Assembly (NCBI GenBank): GCA_024641505.1
Contig: JAHECY010000010.1
Span: 13,596 to 77,595 of the forward strand
DNA length: 64,000 bases
Direction: 5' to 3'
Source: Gammaproteobacteria bacterium
GTDB taxonomy: Bacteria; Pseudomonadota; Gammaproteobacteria; SG8-11
In this document: positions 21,159 to 30,600 of the stretch, piece by piece
Position numbering within the stretch: position 1 is the first letter of the stretch
Layout: the number at the start of each line of letters is the position of its first letter
Translations under genes and position numbers: made by a program
The notes under the pieces: model-generated
Told to the model about the DNA's origin: nothing
Database searches by the model: none
What the model saw: only the letters and a program-made list of their open reading frames with translations

Positions 21159-21179
21159 GGTGCGTATTACGCACCCTAC
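21155..21179. repeat. REP-like palindrome GTAGGGTGCGTATTACGCACCCTAC
   Basis: Perfect 10-bp-arm palindrome overlapping stop codon of PfkB kinase; same core recurs at 21218-21238, 21307-21327, 52898-52918 and as a half-site at 56062-56080. Confidence 0.85.
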
Positions 21180-21210
21180 TCTATGATTTGAATGAAACGG
21201 TTGGGCTCGG

Positions 21211-21378
21211 GGAAAACGGTGCGTAATACGCACCCTACGCCCCGGGGCACCGGACGGGGGAGTGTATTGGGCGCAACGCGGCGCAATACACTCAAGGAAA
21301 ACGGTGCGTAATACGCACCCTACGCCCCGGGGCATCGGACGGGGGAGTGTATTGGGCGCAACGCGGCGCAATACGCTC
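21211..21378. repeat. two tandem copies of an ~83-bp composite REP unit (palindrome GGTGCGTAATACGCACC + palindrome GTGTATTGGGCGCAACGCGGCGCAATACAC)
   Basis: Direct repeat ggaaaacggtgcgtaatacgcaccctacgccccggggcaccggacgggggagtgtattgggcgcaacgcggcgcaatacactca read twice with 3 substitutions. Confidence 0.85.
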
Positions 21379-22579
21379 AGCGCTTGCTGGATTTGGATTT
21401 CCTGGACAGCTTCACCCCTTTTCCCGACTTGCGGGTGAACAGCTTGGCGCCGCCACTGCCCGCGTTGGCGCAGCTGATTTCGGAATTATCGGAGCCCAGA
21501 CGGCATTGCAGTTCATGCTGGGTATCCTGCCAACCTAAGCGCACCGGCGTGGTCGCATCATCCCAGAAGCCTTCGGATTTGTTGGGCTTGACGACATCCA
21601 ACACGTTATTACGGTAGGTCAACGTGAACTCGCCCAGATCACTGATATCAGACAACACCGTACGGGTTTGGTAAATAACCCTGACCTTGTCCACTTTGCG
21701 CTCCAAATGTCCGGACATACACTCGACGGTACCGTCCTTGAGCGCTTCACATGTCGTTTTATCCGATGGCAACAAGCGCGACGGCGTTTTCTGGTCATAC
21801 CAGACACCGCTCATGAGCGTCTTCACCAACTCTTTCACATTGACCCGGCGGCGCATGATTTCCGGTTCACGATAGATCGAGGTACTCCGGGAGGCGGTCA
21901 ACGACGACGCATTAGGCAAACTTGTCGCGTTGTAACGTGCCAGCGTTTTCTGCTTGGGCGTTTCCAGCATCGCCACATCTTCCGCCACCGGCTTCGGCGG
22001 CACCGGCGCCGCCACGGCTGTGCGTGACGACACGGCCGCGCCCGACGGCTTCAGACGCTCTTTCGCCGCATCCTCGTCAAGCTTCTTCAAGGCATACTTG
22101 GCGTTCAGGTAACCGCTATTGGCCGCGCGCACATACCACTGCTGGGCCAAATCGATATTTACCGGCACGCCGGTACCTTTTTCATACATATGACCCAGCA
22201 TATACTGGGCCGCAACATAGCCTTTTCTGGCGACGCGTTCGAATATGGCTTTGGCCTGCGGTAAATCCTGCCCGACACCATTGCCGAGAAAGTACATGAA
22301 CCCGACCTGGTATTCGGCCTTTATATTCCCCTGCTTTGACGAACGCTCATACCATTTGAAAGCCAAAGTCATATCTTTGGGTACACCGTTACCCTGCTCA
22401 TACATCGCGGCCAGCTTGTGCTGCGCCATCATGTCACCATTACGGGCTTTTTCCAGATTAATCTGAAACCGCTGCTCCAAGTCCAAATCAGCAGCATCGG
22501 CGGCGATCGCGCCGCCGGGAAACACCGCCACCAACACCAGTAAACTCAGGGAGAAAAAGCAGTTAGAATCTACGACCAT
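21377..22579 (-). CDS. Sel1-repeat (TPR-like) secreted protein with unknown C-terminal Lys-rich domain
   Basis: Signal peptide then repeated Sel1 modules (AQHKLAAMYEQGNGVPKD, AEYQVGFMYFLGNGVGQD, AQYMLGHMYEKGTGVPVN); start set at MVVDSN (GAGGAA upstream) rather than the 22744 ORF-track start. Confidence 0.8.
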   Translation of the reverse strand: MVVDSNCFFSLSLLVLVAVFPGGAIAADAADLDLEQRFQINLEKARNGDMMAQHKLAAMYEQGNGVPKDMTLAFKWYERSSKQGNIKAEYQVGFMYFLGNGVGQDLPQAKAIFERVARKGYVAAQYMLGHMYEKGTGVPVNIDLAQQWYVRAANSGYLNAKYALKKLDEDAAKERLKPSGAAVSSRTAVAAPVPPKPVAEDVAMLETPKQKTLARYNATSLPNASSLTASRSTSIYREPEIMRRRVNVKELVKTLMSGVWYDQKTPSRLLPSDKTTCEALKDGTVECMSGHLERKVDKVRVIYQTRTVLSDISDLGEFTLTYRNNVLDVVKPNKSEGFWDDATTPVRLGWQDTQHELQCRLGSDNSEISCANAGSGGAKLFTRKSGKGVKLSRKSKSSKR

Positions 22580-22880
22580 TCTCAAAATTCCTCTACACGG
22601 CAATTTGCGCGCTTTTACATTTTTACATAATGCATCATATGACCTCAACTTTATATCGCGATTAAGCAAGGAGCTGAAGCAGTGGCGACTGCCTGAATAA
22701 TGCTTATGATAACAAGACCCTGGCCAGAAAAGATACAATTGCATGGACGGGAAGCCGAATCCGTGGCCAGATTAAGCTGCCGGCAAACCGATCAGTTATA
22801 TTAATCGGATACGTTAGACGAGGAAAATGTACAAACAAGCAGCATCACGACGAAAGACATTTGCCTGCACCCGGGACCTG

Positions 22881-23774
22881 TCACGCCTGCGCACATTGCC
22901 GCTGCCGGAAAATCTCTCCGGCAATTACCGCAAATGCCGCTGCCACATTTAGACTTTCCATGACACCGGTACCGGGAATATGCACCAGGGCGTGCGCCTG
23001 ACGTTTCCGGCCCAGGGTCATACCGCTCACTTCCGCACCCATGATCAGCACGCACCGTTCTGGAAAGTCATAGGCATACAAGGCGACGTCGGCGCCCGCT
23101 TTAGAGCCGGTATGTTTGCTGATGACGCGGGCCGCGACGTCAGGTTCAGATACGGTGGACTCGCCTGACGCGGCCAGTGTTGCCACCGAGGTACCGATGA
23201 TGGTGAATCCGGCATCTGCCAACTCTCGCAACACCTGACCTGGTTCCTTTTCATACACCAGGGACACATATTCAGCGCCACCTTCGGCAACCCGGCAGGC
23301 AGAGGGCGACAACCGCGGTAGCCGCCCTTCACAACCCAACAGATAGGGCATGCCAAAATGAGCGCAGGTGCGCAGTATCGCACCTAAGTTATGGGGATTC
23401 TCCACACCGTCGAGATAAACCAATGCCAGCGGTCCAACATTCTGGCTCAGCTGTTGCTGGAACTTTCTGACGGAAAGTACCGGTGCTTCCTGGGCGAGTA
23501 CGCACAAACCCTGGTGATGCACGGATTCAGTAAGACGTTCCAGATCGTCATTGGATACAATGTGATAGGCCTTGCGTTGCGCCGCCGCCCATTTGAGCAA
23601 TGCCGCGCACTCCGTCACCCGGGATTCATGCACATAGATACGAATCAGGTCATCGGGACGCCGCTGCCACAACGTCAGACACGCCGCGACCCCATAATAT
23701 TTCACCTCCCGGCGTTGACCGGGTTCCCGGGTCGGCCGGTCGCGCCGGACCGTACGGCTTTTCTTGCGCACCAT
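22881..23774 (-). CDS. TrmH/SpoU-family RNA 2'-O-methyltransferase (RlmB-like) with basic N-terminal extension
   Basis: SpoU_methylase motifs LDGVENPHNLGAILRTCAHFG, IMGAEVSGM, ESLNVAAAFAVI. Confidence 0.8.
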   Translation of the reverse strand: MVRKKSRTVRRDRPTREPGQRREVKYYGVAACLTLWQRRPDDLIRIYVHESRVTECAALLKWAAAQRKAYHIVSNDDLERLTESVHHQGLCVLAQEAPVLSVRKFQQQLSQNVGPLALVYLDGVENPHNLGAILRTCAHFGMPYLLGCEGRLPRLSPSACRVAEGGAEYVSLVYEKEPGQVLRELADAGFTIIGTSVATLAASGESTVSEPDVAARVISKHTGSKAGADVALYAYDFPERCVLIMGAEVSGMTLGRKRQAHALVHIPGTGVMESLNVAAAFAVIAGEIFRQRQCAQA

Positions 23775-23778
23775 AGCG

Positions 23779-24609
23779 TTATCCCGGCACGGTGCCCACG
23801 GTTATGACCACTTGCACATTCATCGGGATGCCATCGGCATCGGCGGTTGTCGCCACCTCCGCCAGGTGTTCGGCCTTGAAACGTTCCAGGGTAACGGCAT
23901 CCAAACCGGCAATCAGGCCACGATAGCCTGCCCACCACACACAGTCCCACCATTGCGTCGCGTCATTGAAACGGTAACCCACGTCATGGCGCTGGGTGGT
24001 TACCTGCGTCAGACCGGCAGCCGTGTACAAGTCCCGGTTCGCCTGCTCGGTACAGACGCGTTTCCAGCTGATGGGCGGTACCGTCACCCCATAGGCCTGC
24101 ACCCGCTCCAGAAATAAATCGTTCAGCGGCGACATGCTGCCCTCATGAAAATGGCAGGTTACCAGCTTGCCACCAGGCTTGATCTTGCTGGCGATATGCT
24201 TGACCGTGGCCACCATATCTTCGGTAAAAAACACACCGAAAGAACAATTTGCGCCATCGAACCACTGATCGGGCACCGCCATGGCCGTCATGTCCATGGC
24301 CAGAAACTGTATATTGTTGATATTGCGTTGCCGGGCCTTGGCGCGTCCCCGGGATAACATGCCGGTGGAAAAATCCACCGCGGTAACCCCGCCCCGGGGC
24401 ACATGGGGCGCCAGCGCCAGGGCCGGCGTGCCGGTGCCGGACGCCACATCAAGCAGCGTTTCATTCCCACGCAAATTGAATTTACCCGGCAGTAAGGCCG
24501 CGGCATTGTTGAAAAACCTCAATGCGGGACTATCATAACCGGCGCACACCGTATCGAACGTATTCCTGATATGTATTTTCCGCTGCTCGCTGTCCATGGA
24601 CGCCGACAT
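23779..24609 (-). CDS. class I SAM-dependent methyltransferase
   Basis: Motif I LDVASGTGTPALALA; 276 aa; 4-bp gap to upstream TrmH-family gene (operon). Confidence 0.75.
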   Translation of the reverse strand: MSASMDSEQRKIHIRNTFDTVCAGYDSPALRFFNNAAALLPGKFNLRGNETLLDVASGTGTPALALAPHVPRGGVTAVDFSTGMLSRGRAKARQRNINNIQFLAMDMTAMAVPDQWFDGANCSFGVFFTEDMVATVKHIASKIKPGGKLVTCHFHEGSMSPLNDLFLERVQAYGVTVPPISWKRVCTEQANRDLYTAAGLTQVTTQRHDVGYRFNDATQWWDCVWWAGYRGLIAGLDAVTLERFKAEHLAEVATTADADGIPMNVQVVITVGTVPG

Positions 24610-24731
24610 GTTGTGCCTCCTTCACCCTGTTTGTTCAACACTGTAGTCCGTGGCCCATGGTAACAATAATTGTCCCGTTCCCCCAATTCCATTACAGTGT
24701 TTTCTGGTGCCCCCGTATCATCCTTCAAAAT

Positions 24732-25778
24732 ATGATAACCGTTGCGACACACGTGCTCCCCCTGCGTGCCTGGTGCGACCTTGGCTCGCGTTCACTGCGG
24801 TTATTACTGTTGATGCTGCCCGGCGCCTGCGCGCTCTTTAACCCGGCACCGCCCATCATCACCTTCCAGGACGCACTCATGCCCGGACTCCTCGGGCCGG
24901 TAATGGTGAAAATACCCGCAGGCAGTTTTTATATGGGTTCCCCGCAGCAGGAACCGGGACGGGACGCCAACGAGAGCCCGCAACACCTGGTCGTCTTCCA
25001 GGCGCCGTTTGCGTTGGGGCAAACCGAAGTCACCGTTGCCCAGTTTGGCGCTTTCGTCACCGACACGCACTACCGTACCAGCGCCGAGCGGGATGACGGC
25101 AGTTTTTTACGGGATCCGGTCACGGGCCAGTGGGGCAAGTATCCGGTAAACTGGCGCCATGATCACCGCGGTCAGCCGGCCGCGGATAACCACCCGGTAA
25201 TCCACGTCTCCTGGGAAGATGCCCAAGCCTATGCAAGCTGGCTGACACAGCGCACGGGGCAGCCGTATCGCTTGCCCAGTGAAGCGGAGCTGGAATACGC
25301 CAACCGAGCCGGTAGCCCACTTCGAAACTGGTGGGGCGACGGTATTCCGCAAGCGGCGGTCGCCAACATCAAAGGCGAACGCGACCGGATCGATAATGAT
25401 CCCACTTTTATCCCGACACCTGAAGAACGCGCAGCGATCGATCCCGAGGGTATTTGGCCGGAATTTTTTATCGGTTATGGTGATGGTCACTGGGGCCCGG
25501 CCCCGGTCGCCAGCTTTCAAGCTAATGCATTCGGCTTATACGACACAACCGGCAATGTTTGGGAATGGGCACAGGACTGCTGGCATCCCGATTATCGGAA
25601 TGCCCCGAGCGATGGCAAGGCATGGATCGAAAATGGTATTTGCGAATACCGCATTTTGCGTGGCGCTTCCTGGTACTGCTACCCGGTACAAGTGCGCGCC
25701 GCCAATCGTTGGTCGCGCTGGCCGATTTTTCGGAACATGTATATCGGCTTCCGGGTAGCGCGCAACGTCGGTGCTTGA
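24732..25778 (+). CDS. formylglycine-generating enzyme (FGE)/SUMF1 family protein, secreted
   Basis: FGE-sulfatase domain motifs YRLPSEAELEYANRAGS, GNVWEWAQDCW, RGASWYCY; start uncertain (24657/24732/24813), signal-like RSLRLLLLMLPGACA. Confidence 0.75.
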   Translation: MITVATHVLPLRAWCDLGSRSLRLLLLMLPGACALFNPAPPIITFQDALMPGLLGPVMVKIPAGSFYMGSPQQEPGRDANESPQHLVVFQAPFALGQTEVTVAQFGAFVTDTHYRTSAERDDGSFLRDPVTGQWGKYPVNWRHDHRGQPAADNHPVIHVSWEDAQAYASWLTQRTGQPYRLPSEAELEYANRAGSPLRNWWGDGIPQAAVANIKGERDRIDNDPTFIPTPEERAAIDPEGIWPEFFIGYGDGHWGPAPVASFQANAFGLYDTTGNVWEWAQDCWHPDYRNAPSDGKAWIENGICEYRILRGASWYCYPVQVRAANRWSRWPIFRNMYIGFRVARNVGA

Positions 25779-25897
25779 TGCCGCCAGCCAGTGGAGCCCT
25801 TCGGCGCAAGACAACGTAGCATTTCACTCAAGAACTTGATTCTTGTCCTTCATTAGTCTAGGTTTAGGGGTGAGGCGTAAACAATAATTCGATAACT

Positions 25898-26272
25898 ATG
25901 CGGCCACTGACTCCTGAAATCAAAAACACGGTATACACGACAACGCTATTGCTGAGTGCGGCAGGCGTATGGCTCGGCCTCGCCGGTAGCGTACACGCCA
26001 GCGCGGCGGACAATATCGCCAAGGGCAAAGCTTTGACCCTCGAACAATGCCAAGCCTGCCATCATTATGAAGGCACGGAGCAAGCGGGAACCGTCGCACC
26101 GCCACTGTTACAGATGAAAACACGTTTCCCCGATCCTAAAAAACTGCAACGAATTCTTTTCGACCCCACTAAAGAACTGGGACCGGACACCATGATGCCG
26201 CCGTTTGGCCGCAACAAGTTGCTGACGGACGCCGAAATCAACCTGATCATTGAATACCTTTACAGCTTATGA
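25898..26272 (+). CDS. soxX: monoheme c-type cytochrome, SoxX-like
   Basis: Signal peptide, single CXXCH (CQACHH), Met-rich MMPPFG; 4-bp overlap with SoxA-like gene. Confidence 0.6.
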   Translation: MRPLTPEIKNTVYTTTLLLSAAGVWLGLAGSVHASAADNIAKGKALTLEQCQACHHYEGTEQAGTVAPPLLQMKTRFPDPKKLQRILFDPTKELGPDTMMPPFGRNKLLTDAEINLIIEYLYSL

Positions 26273-27129
26273 CGCGAGCCTGCCGACATTTACATCTCCC
26301 GCTGCTGACCAGCCTGGCCTGCGCGTTGCTGTTCGCCGCAAGCGCCGGCGTGACTCGCGCCGGGCCCCAGGAAGATTTGCAAATCTATCAGGACTTTTTC
26401 AAAAAACGGTTTCCGACGTTGTCCGTGGAAGACTTGTCCAATGGCGCCTACAGCTTCAGCGAGGACAAGAAAAAGCAATGGCTGGACATCATGGAATTTC
26501 CCCCGTACGAAGTGGCGATAGAAGAGGGCAAGACCTTGTTCGAAACACCCTTCGCAAACGGTAAAACTTATGGATCCTGCCTGGATCAGGGCGGCATCGG
26601 CATCGCCCATACTTACCCACGCTTCGATAAGGCCACCGGCAAGGTGGTCGCCCTGGCCGGCGCTCTCAACGCTTGTCGCGCGGCGAACGGGGAAAAAACC
26701 CTGTCCACATTCAAAGGCGACCTGGCCAATATCGCCGCCTACCTGACATCAACCTCGCGGGGCAAACCGATCACCGTCACGGTGCCTGATGACCCCAAAG
26801 CCCTGGCCGCCTATGAAGACGGCAAGCGCATCTACTTTACCCGGCGTGGTCCGCGGGAGTTCGCCTGCTATCACTGCCATTGGGTGGCAGCCGGCGCCCG
26901 CATCCGCGGCAACGAACTGAGCACTGCTGTCGGCCAAGCCACGCACTTCCCTACTTACCGCTCAAAGTGGGGAGAGATGGGCACGTTGCAGCGGCGTTAT
27001 AAAGGCTGCATGGAAAATACCGGCGCCGTGGCTCTTAAAGAAAACAGCGACGGCATGAATAATCTTGAATATTTTCACACTTACATGAGCAATGGCATAC
27101 CCATGAACGCTCCTGGCACACGGTTCTGA
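26269..27129 (+). CDS. soxA: sulfur-oxidation c-type cytochrome SoxA-like (L-cysteine S-thiosulfotransferase subunit)
   Basis: 286 aa, signal peptide, heme motif CYHCH near C-terminal third plus conserved downstream Cys (YKGCMENTG) characteristic of SoxA heme ligation. Confidence 0.65.
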   Translation: MTRACRHLHLPLLTSLACALLFAASAGVTRAGPQEDLQIYQDFFKKRFPTLSVEDLSNGAYSFSEDKKKQWLDIMEFPPYEVAIEEGKTLFETPFANGKTYGSCLDQGGIGIAHTYPRFDKATGKVVALAGALNACRAANGEKTLSTFKGDLANIAAYLTSTSRGKPITVTVPDDPKALAAYEDGKRIYFTRRGPREFACYHCHWVAAGARIRGNELSTAVGQATHFPTYRSKWGEMGTLQRRYKGCMENTGAVALKENSDGMNNLEYFHTYMSNGIPMNAPGTRF

Positions 27130-27134
27130 CTCCT

Positions 27135-27443
27135 ATGCGTAAACATCTACTGGCCGTCGCGATCGCCACCGAACTGTTACTGTCATCGACCGCCTGGGGC
27201 GCCGATGATGCCGGCGGCATTCTGAAAGAAGCCAAGACAGTGCTTGACGAAGCGGTGTCGCTCGAAGGCGGCTGGACCAGCACCCAGGATTTGATTAAGG
27301 AGAGCGAACAGCAGTTACAGAGTGGCGCCAAGGACCAAGCTCTGAAACTCGCCAAACAGGCGTTGGCAGAGGCGAAACTGAGCCTGGAGCGGGCCCGTGA
27401 GTTAAATAAAAACTGGTCGGTGCCTAAATACCTGACCAAGTAG
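27135..27443 (+). CDS. soxK: small secreted helical protein, candidate SoxAX-binding subunit SoxK
   Basis: 102 aa, signal peptide, immediately downstream of soxA as in soxXAK operons of purple/green sulfur bacteria; assignment by context. Confidence 0.4.
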   Translation: MRKHLLAVAIATELLLSSTAWGADDAGGILKEAKTVLDEAVSLEGGWTSTQDLIKESEQQLQSGAKDQALKLAKQALAEAKLSLERARELNKNWSVPKYLTK

Positions 27444-27605
27444 CCTGTTGCAATCGCCAACCCGTTCGGATTCATCCCTGACATAACCCCGCCCAGCCAA
27501 CCGCGGAGTAATAACATCGGCGCTCGGAAGCACGCCATTGTCGGTTGGTCTTGGTGTCTTGGCGAGATAACCAATAACTGCTTATGGACGGACGCCCGCG
27601 TCCGG

Positions 27606-28031
27606 TTATTCCTGCCGGTCCCGAGAGGGGCCCTGGTATTCCGTGTATTTGTCCGCCCTGCCACGCACTTGCGTGGCAGGGTATTTTTCCGCATTCAACT
27701 GCACCTTTTCCGTGACCGCCGCCAGCAGATCGATATCCAGCTGATCGGCCAGACGCACCAGATACACTAAAATATCCGCCATTTCATGCCGGATCTGCTG
27801 GTGCTTGTGAGTGGTTTTCGCGTCTTCCACGGATTTCGCCGCCAACGCCCGGCTCTGCTCCTCCGTCAACCACTGAAAATGCTCCACCAACTCGGCCGCC
27901 TCAACGATCAACGCCATGGCGAGATTTTTCGGGCTGTGAAACTGTTCCCAATCCCGCTCATCGGCAAATTGCCGCAGACGCAGGCGCAAGGACTCAAGCG
28001 ATTGCGACGGTTCTTCTGTCATGGACTTCAT
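27606..28031 (-). CDS. MazG-like nucleotide pyrophosphohydrolase (small single-domain type)
   Basis: EEXXE-type motifs LIVEAAELVEHFQW and RHEMADILVYLVRLA; start at ATG 28031 with GGGAG upstream. Confidence 0.75.
   Translation of the reverse strand: MKSMTEEPSQSLESLRLRLRQFADERDWEQFHSPKNLAMALIVEAAELVEHFQWLTEEQSRALAAKSVEDAKTTHKHQQIRHEMADILVYLVRLADQLDIDLLAAVTEKVQLNAEKYPATQVRGRADKYTEYQGPSRDRQE
27656..27692. terminator. perfect 12-bp-arm palindrome CCCTGCCACGCA-CT-TGCGTGGCAGGG followed by TATTTTTCC; candidate bidirectional terminator for convergent sox and mazG-like transcripts
   Basis: Read directly; overlaps last codons of the mazG-like ORF. Confidence 0.5.
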
Positions 28032-28444
28032 GCCCTTTGCTCCCACGGTTAAACTGTCATACCGGCACTGATCACCCGCTCAGGTAACACTGGACGTGCA
28101 ATGTCGGCCCGCACTTCCGCAGCATTACCACTTTGTACCGGCCATCAGGGTAACCCGGACGCCAACCCGGACACAACCGCCGGTGCCAGCGAGCCCGTGG
28201 GCCGCCTCTCTCAGCAGCATGCTCCATGGTCGCTGGTAAATTCATCCACAGCCTGCACCGGATACCCCACACCAGAAATCAAGACCGGACCGCTTTCTAT
28301 AGTGGTATGATGCGGACCAAGTTCAACACTATCGGCAATACCCGATAGATACCGATAACACTTGCCACATAGGGCGGCAGTGTGATAACAAAGAGTGGCC
28401 TATTAAAAACATACTCCGTAACCTATTGAAATAGCGCTGATACC

Positions 28445-28951
28445 ATGAAAAGATTTGTTTATTTCTTATTACTCGCGAGCTCCCTGTCCAGCCACTCCAT
28501 GAGTGCCAACACCGACAGCCCCATCGCCGAACACCGGGGCGACATTCTGTTTGCCAGCCAACTGTGCAATGGTACATCTGAAGGTACCCATGCGCGTCTG
28601 GTGACCAGTCAGGAGCAACTCGCCGCGGTCTACGCCCAACTGCAGAGCAATACACTGGGGGCCCAACATCCAGTTCCGGTGATGGACTTTAGCAAAGAAA
28701 CTATTTTATTCATGGAAATGGGGCAACAACCCACCAGCGGCTACCAATTAGCTTTTGACTCGCGCAAGCCGATACAAGTGTATGGCGATCATATGCAGAT
28801 TACCGTTACCTGGCTGGAACCCGAAAAAGGCGCCATAACCGCACAAATGATTACAACGCCCTGCGTTTTGGTGCGTTTTCCCATGGGAGAATATCCTGCG
28901 ATACGGGTATTGGATCAGAACGGTAAACAACGGTATCCTGCGGGATCTTAA
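28445..28951 (+). CDS. PrcB_C-like (protease-complex subunit PrcB family) secreted protein, paralog 1
   Basis: Signal peptide; shares block G(Q)QPTSGYQLAFDSRKPIQVYGDHMQITVTWLEP...TTPCVLVRFPMGEY with downstream paralog. Confidence 0.45.
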   Translation: MKRFVYFLLLASSLSSHSMSANTDSPIAEHRGDILFASQLCNGTSEGTHARLVTSQEQLAAVYAQLQSNTLGAQHPVPVMDFSKETILFMEMGQQPTSGYQLAFDSRKPIQVYGDHMQITVTWLEPEKGAITAQMITTPCVLVRFPMGEYPAIRVLDQNGKQRYPAGS

Positions 28952-29012
28952 GCATGTCCATTGTGCGAAACCGATAGTTTCCCTGGACACCGGCAACATT
29001 TCGGAGACGTGA

Positions 29013-29453
29013 ATGGCGGCGACACCTCTGGCGATCCATAAAGCCACCATGGCTTTCATCAGTCAGCAGTACAAAAGCAATCGCACCACGCCCGGCGCAT
29101 TATTGATCAAGAGCAAAGGGGAGCTGGAAATACTGTTCAAGGATCTGCAGCTTAAAAGCGCGGCAGCCCAGGGTTTGTTACCGGACATCAATTTCACCAC
29201 CGATGTCATTCTTGCCATCAGCATGGGCCAGAAAAACAGCGACGGATACAAGATTTCCTTCGATTCCAGCAAGCCCATCGAAGTGTATACCGACCATATC
29301 GCGGTACAAATCGTATGGAGCGAACCCATGTCCGCAACGCCGCAAAAAATGACTACGCATCCCTGTGTTTTAATCAAGCTCCCCGTCGGCAACTACACGC
29401 GCATCAAACTTTACGATCAAAGCAAAAAACTCCGATACGTCGCAAATTTTTGA
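29013..29453 (+). CDS. PrcB_C-like protein, paralog 2
   Basis: GQKNSDGYKISFDSSKPIEVYTDHIAVQIVWSEP...THPCVLIKLPVGNY; tandem duplicate of 28445..28951. Confidence 0.45.
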   Translation: MAATPLAIHKATMAFISQQYKSNRTTPGALLIKSKGELEILFKDLQLKSAAAQGLLPDINFTTDVILAISMGQKNSDGYKISFDSSKPIEVYTDHIAVQIVWSEPMSATPQKMTTHPCVLIKLPVGNYTRIKLYDQSKKLRYVANF

Positions 29454-29777
29454 CCCGGATCAAAAAACGGTTACCCGTAATCACGCCATACCCGCAACGC
29501 CCAGTCAGCAACATGACAATACGCCGGTTCCCGACCATCCGCGCCCCTCTATGCATGATGCAGGATACCGCCCCGGCACCCACATGATCAGTTGACGACA
29601 TCGCTATATGTAAAATCTATCACCGCCAAAATCTGTTGGACATATTAAATCGCTATTTCCTGGTACTGCTATTTATTAGTTGCTCGTATACAATCAAAGA
29701 ACCGAGGCATCAATAACTCTTAACTCGTTTAGTCAACAATTCGCCTTAATTTAACTCGATTTCCCCAGGACGACATA

Positions 29778-30545
29778 ATGCCCAACATCCTTTTCAAGAA
29801 TGACGAACACTTGGTAATTTCTTTTTCGAATCTGGTGAAAGGCGAAGGCATTCAATCAAACCAGTTACTGATCAAGAACGGACACCACTCCGCACTGTTT
29901 GATCCCGGTGGGGATTTGACTTACATGCCGCTGAACATGGCAATCACACGCTATGAACCCATTCGTGAACTGGACTACGTCGTCGCCACGCATCAGGACC
30001 CGGACATCATCTCATCGTTCAATAAATGGCTCATGTACAGTGACGCTACCATCGTGGTGTCCAAATTGTGGGAACGCTTCATGCCGCACCTGATTCCCGG
30101 TTTCATGGAGGCTTCCGGCCGGGGTCGGGTGATGACCATTCCGGATCAGGGCATGATTCTTGATGTGGGCAACTGCAAGATCAAGGCGTTACCCGCGCAT
30201 TTCCTGCACTCCGTTGGCAATTTTAATTTTTACGACCCGATCAGCAAGATTTTGTTTTCCGGCGATATCGGCGCCTCCCTGGTAGACAGCGAGCCGGAAC
30301 GGCCAGTACGTGATTTCGAGAAGCACATTAAAAAAATGTACGGCTTCCACCGCCGCTACATGGTTTCCAACAAGGCGTGCCGTTTGTGGGTCGGCATGGT
30401 CCGCAACCTGGACATTGAAATGATATTACCGCAACACGGCCGCCCGTTCGAAGGCAAGGAGATGGTGAATAATTTTCTGAACTGGTTCGAAAAACTGGAG
30501 TGCGGCATCGACCTGATTACCGAACAATACTACCAGGTCCCTTGA
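29778..30545 (+). CDS. MBL-fold metallo-hydrolase family protein (possibly a di-iron, flavodiiron-like core)
   Basis: Metallo-beta-lactamase-type metal motif VVATHQDPDII and downstream His/Asp ligands; preceded by ~190-bp AT-rich region. Confidence 0.6.
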   Translation: MPNILFKNDEHLVISFSNLVKGEGIQSNQLLIKNGHHSALFDPGGDLTYMPLNMAITRYEPIRELDYVVATHQDPDIISSFNKWLMYSDATIVVSKLWERFMPHLIPGFMEASGRGRVMTIPDQGMILDVGNCKIKALPAHFLHSVGNFNFYDPISKILFSGDIGASLVDSEPERPVRDFEKHIKKMYGFHRRYMVSNKACRLWVGMVRNLDIEMILPQHGRPFEGKEMVNNFLNWFEKLECGIDLITEQYYQVP

Positions 30546-30600
30546 TCGCCGAAGCTACCGGCGAGCGCGCGGGGCCACCGTGCCACGGGGTCCACAATAT

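Noticed and set aside
22580-22744. N-terminal extension of the Sel1-repeat ORF to 22744
   Set aside because: Extension precedes a clear signal peptide (MVVDSNCFFSLSLLVLVAVF) and lacks RBS; likely non-coding.
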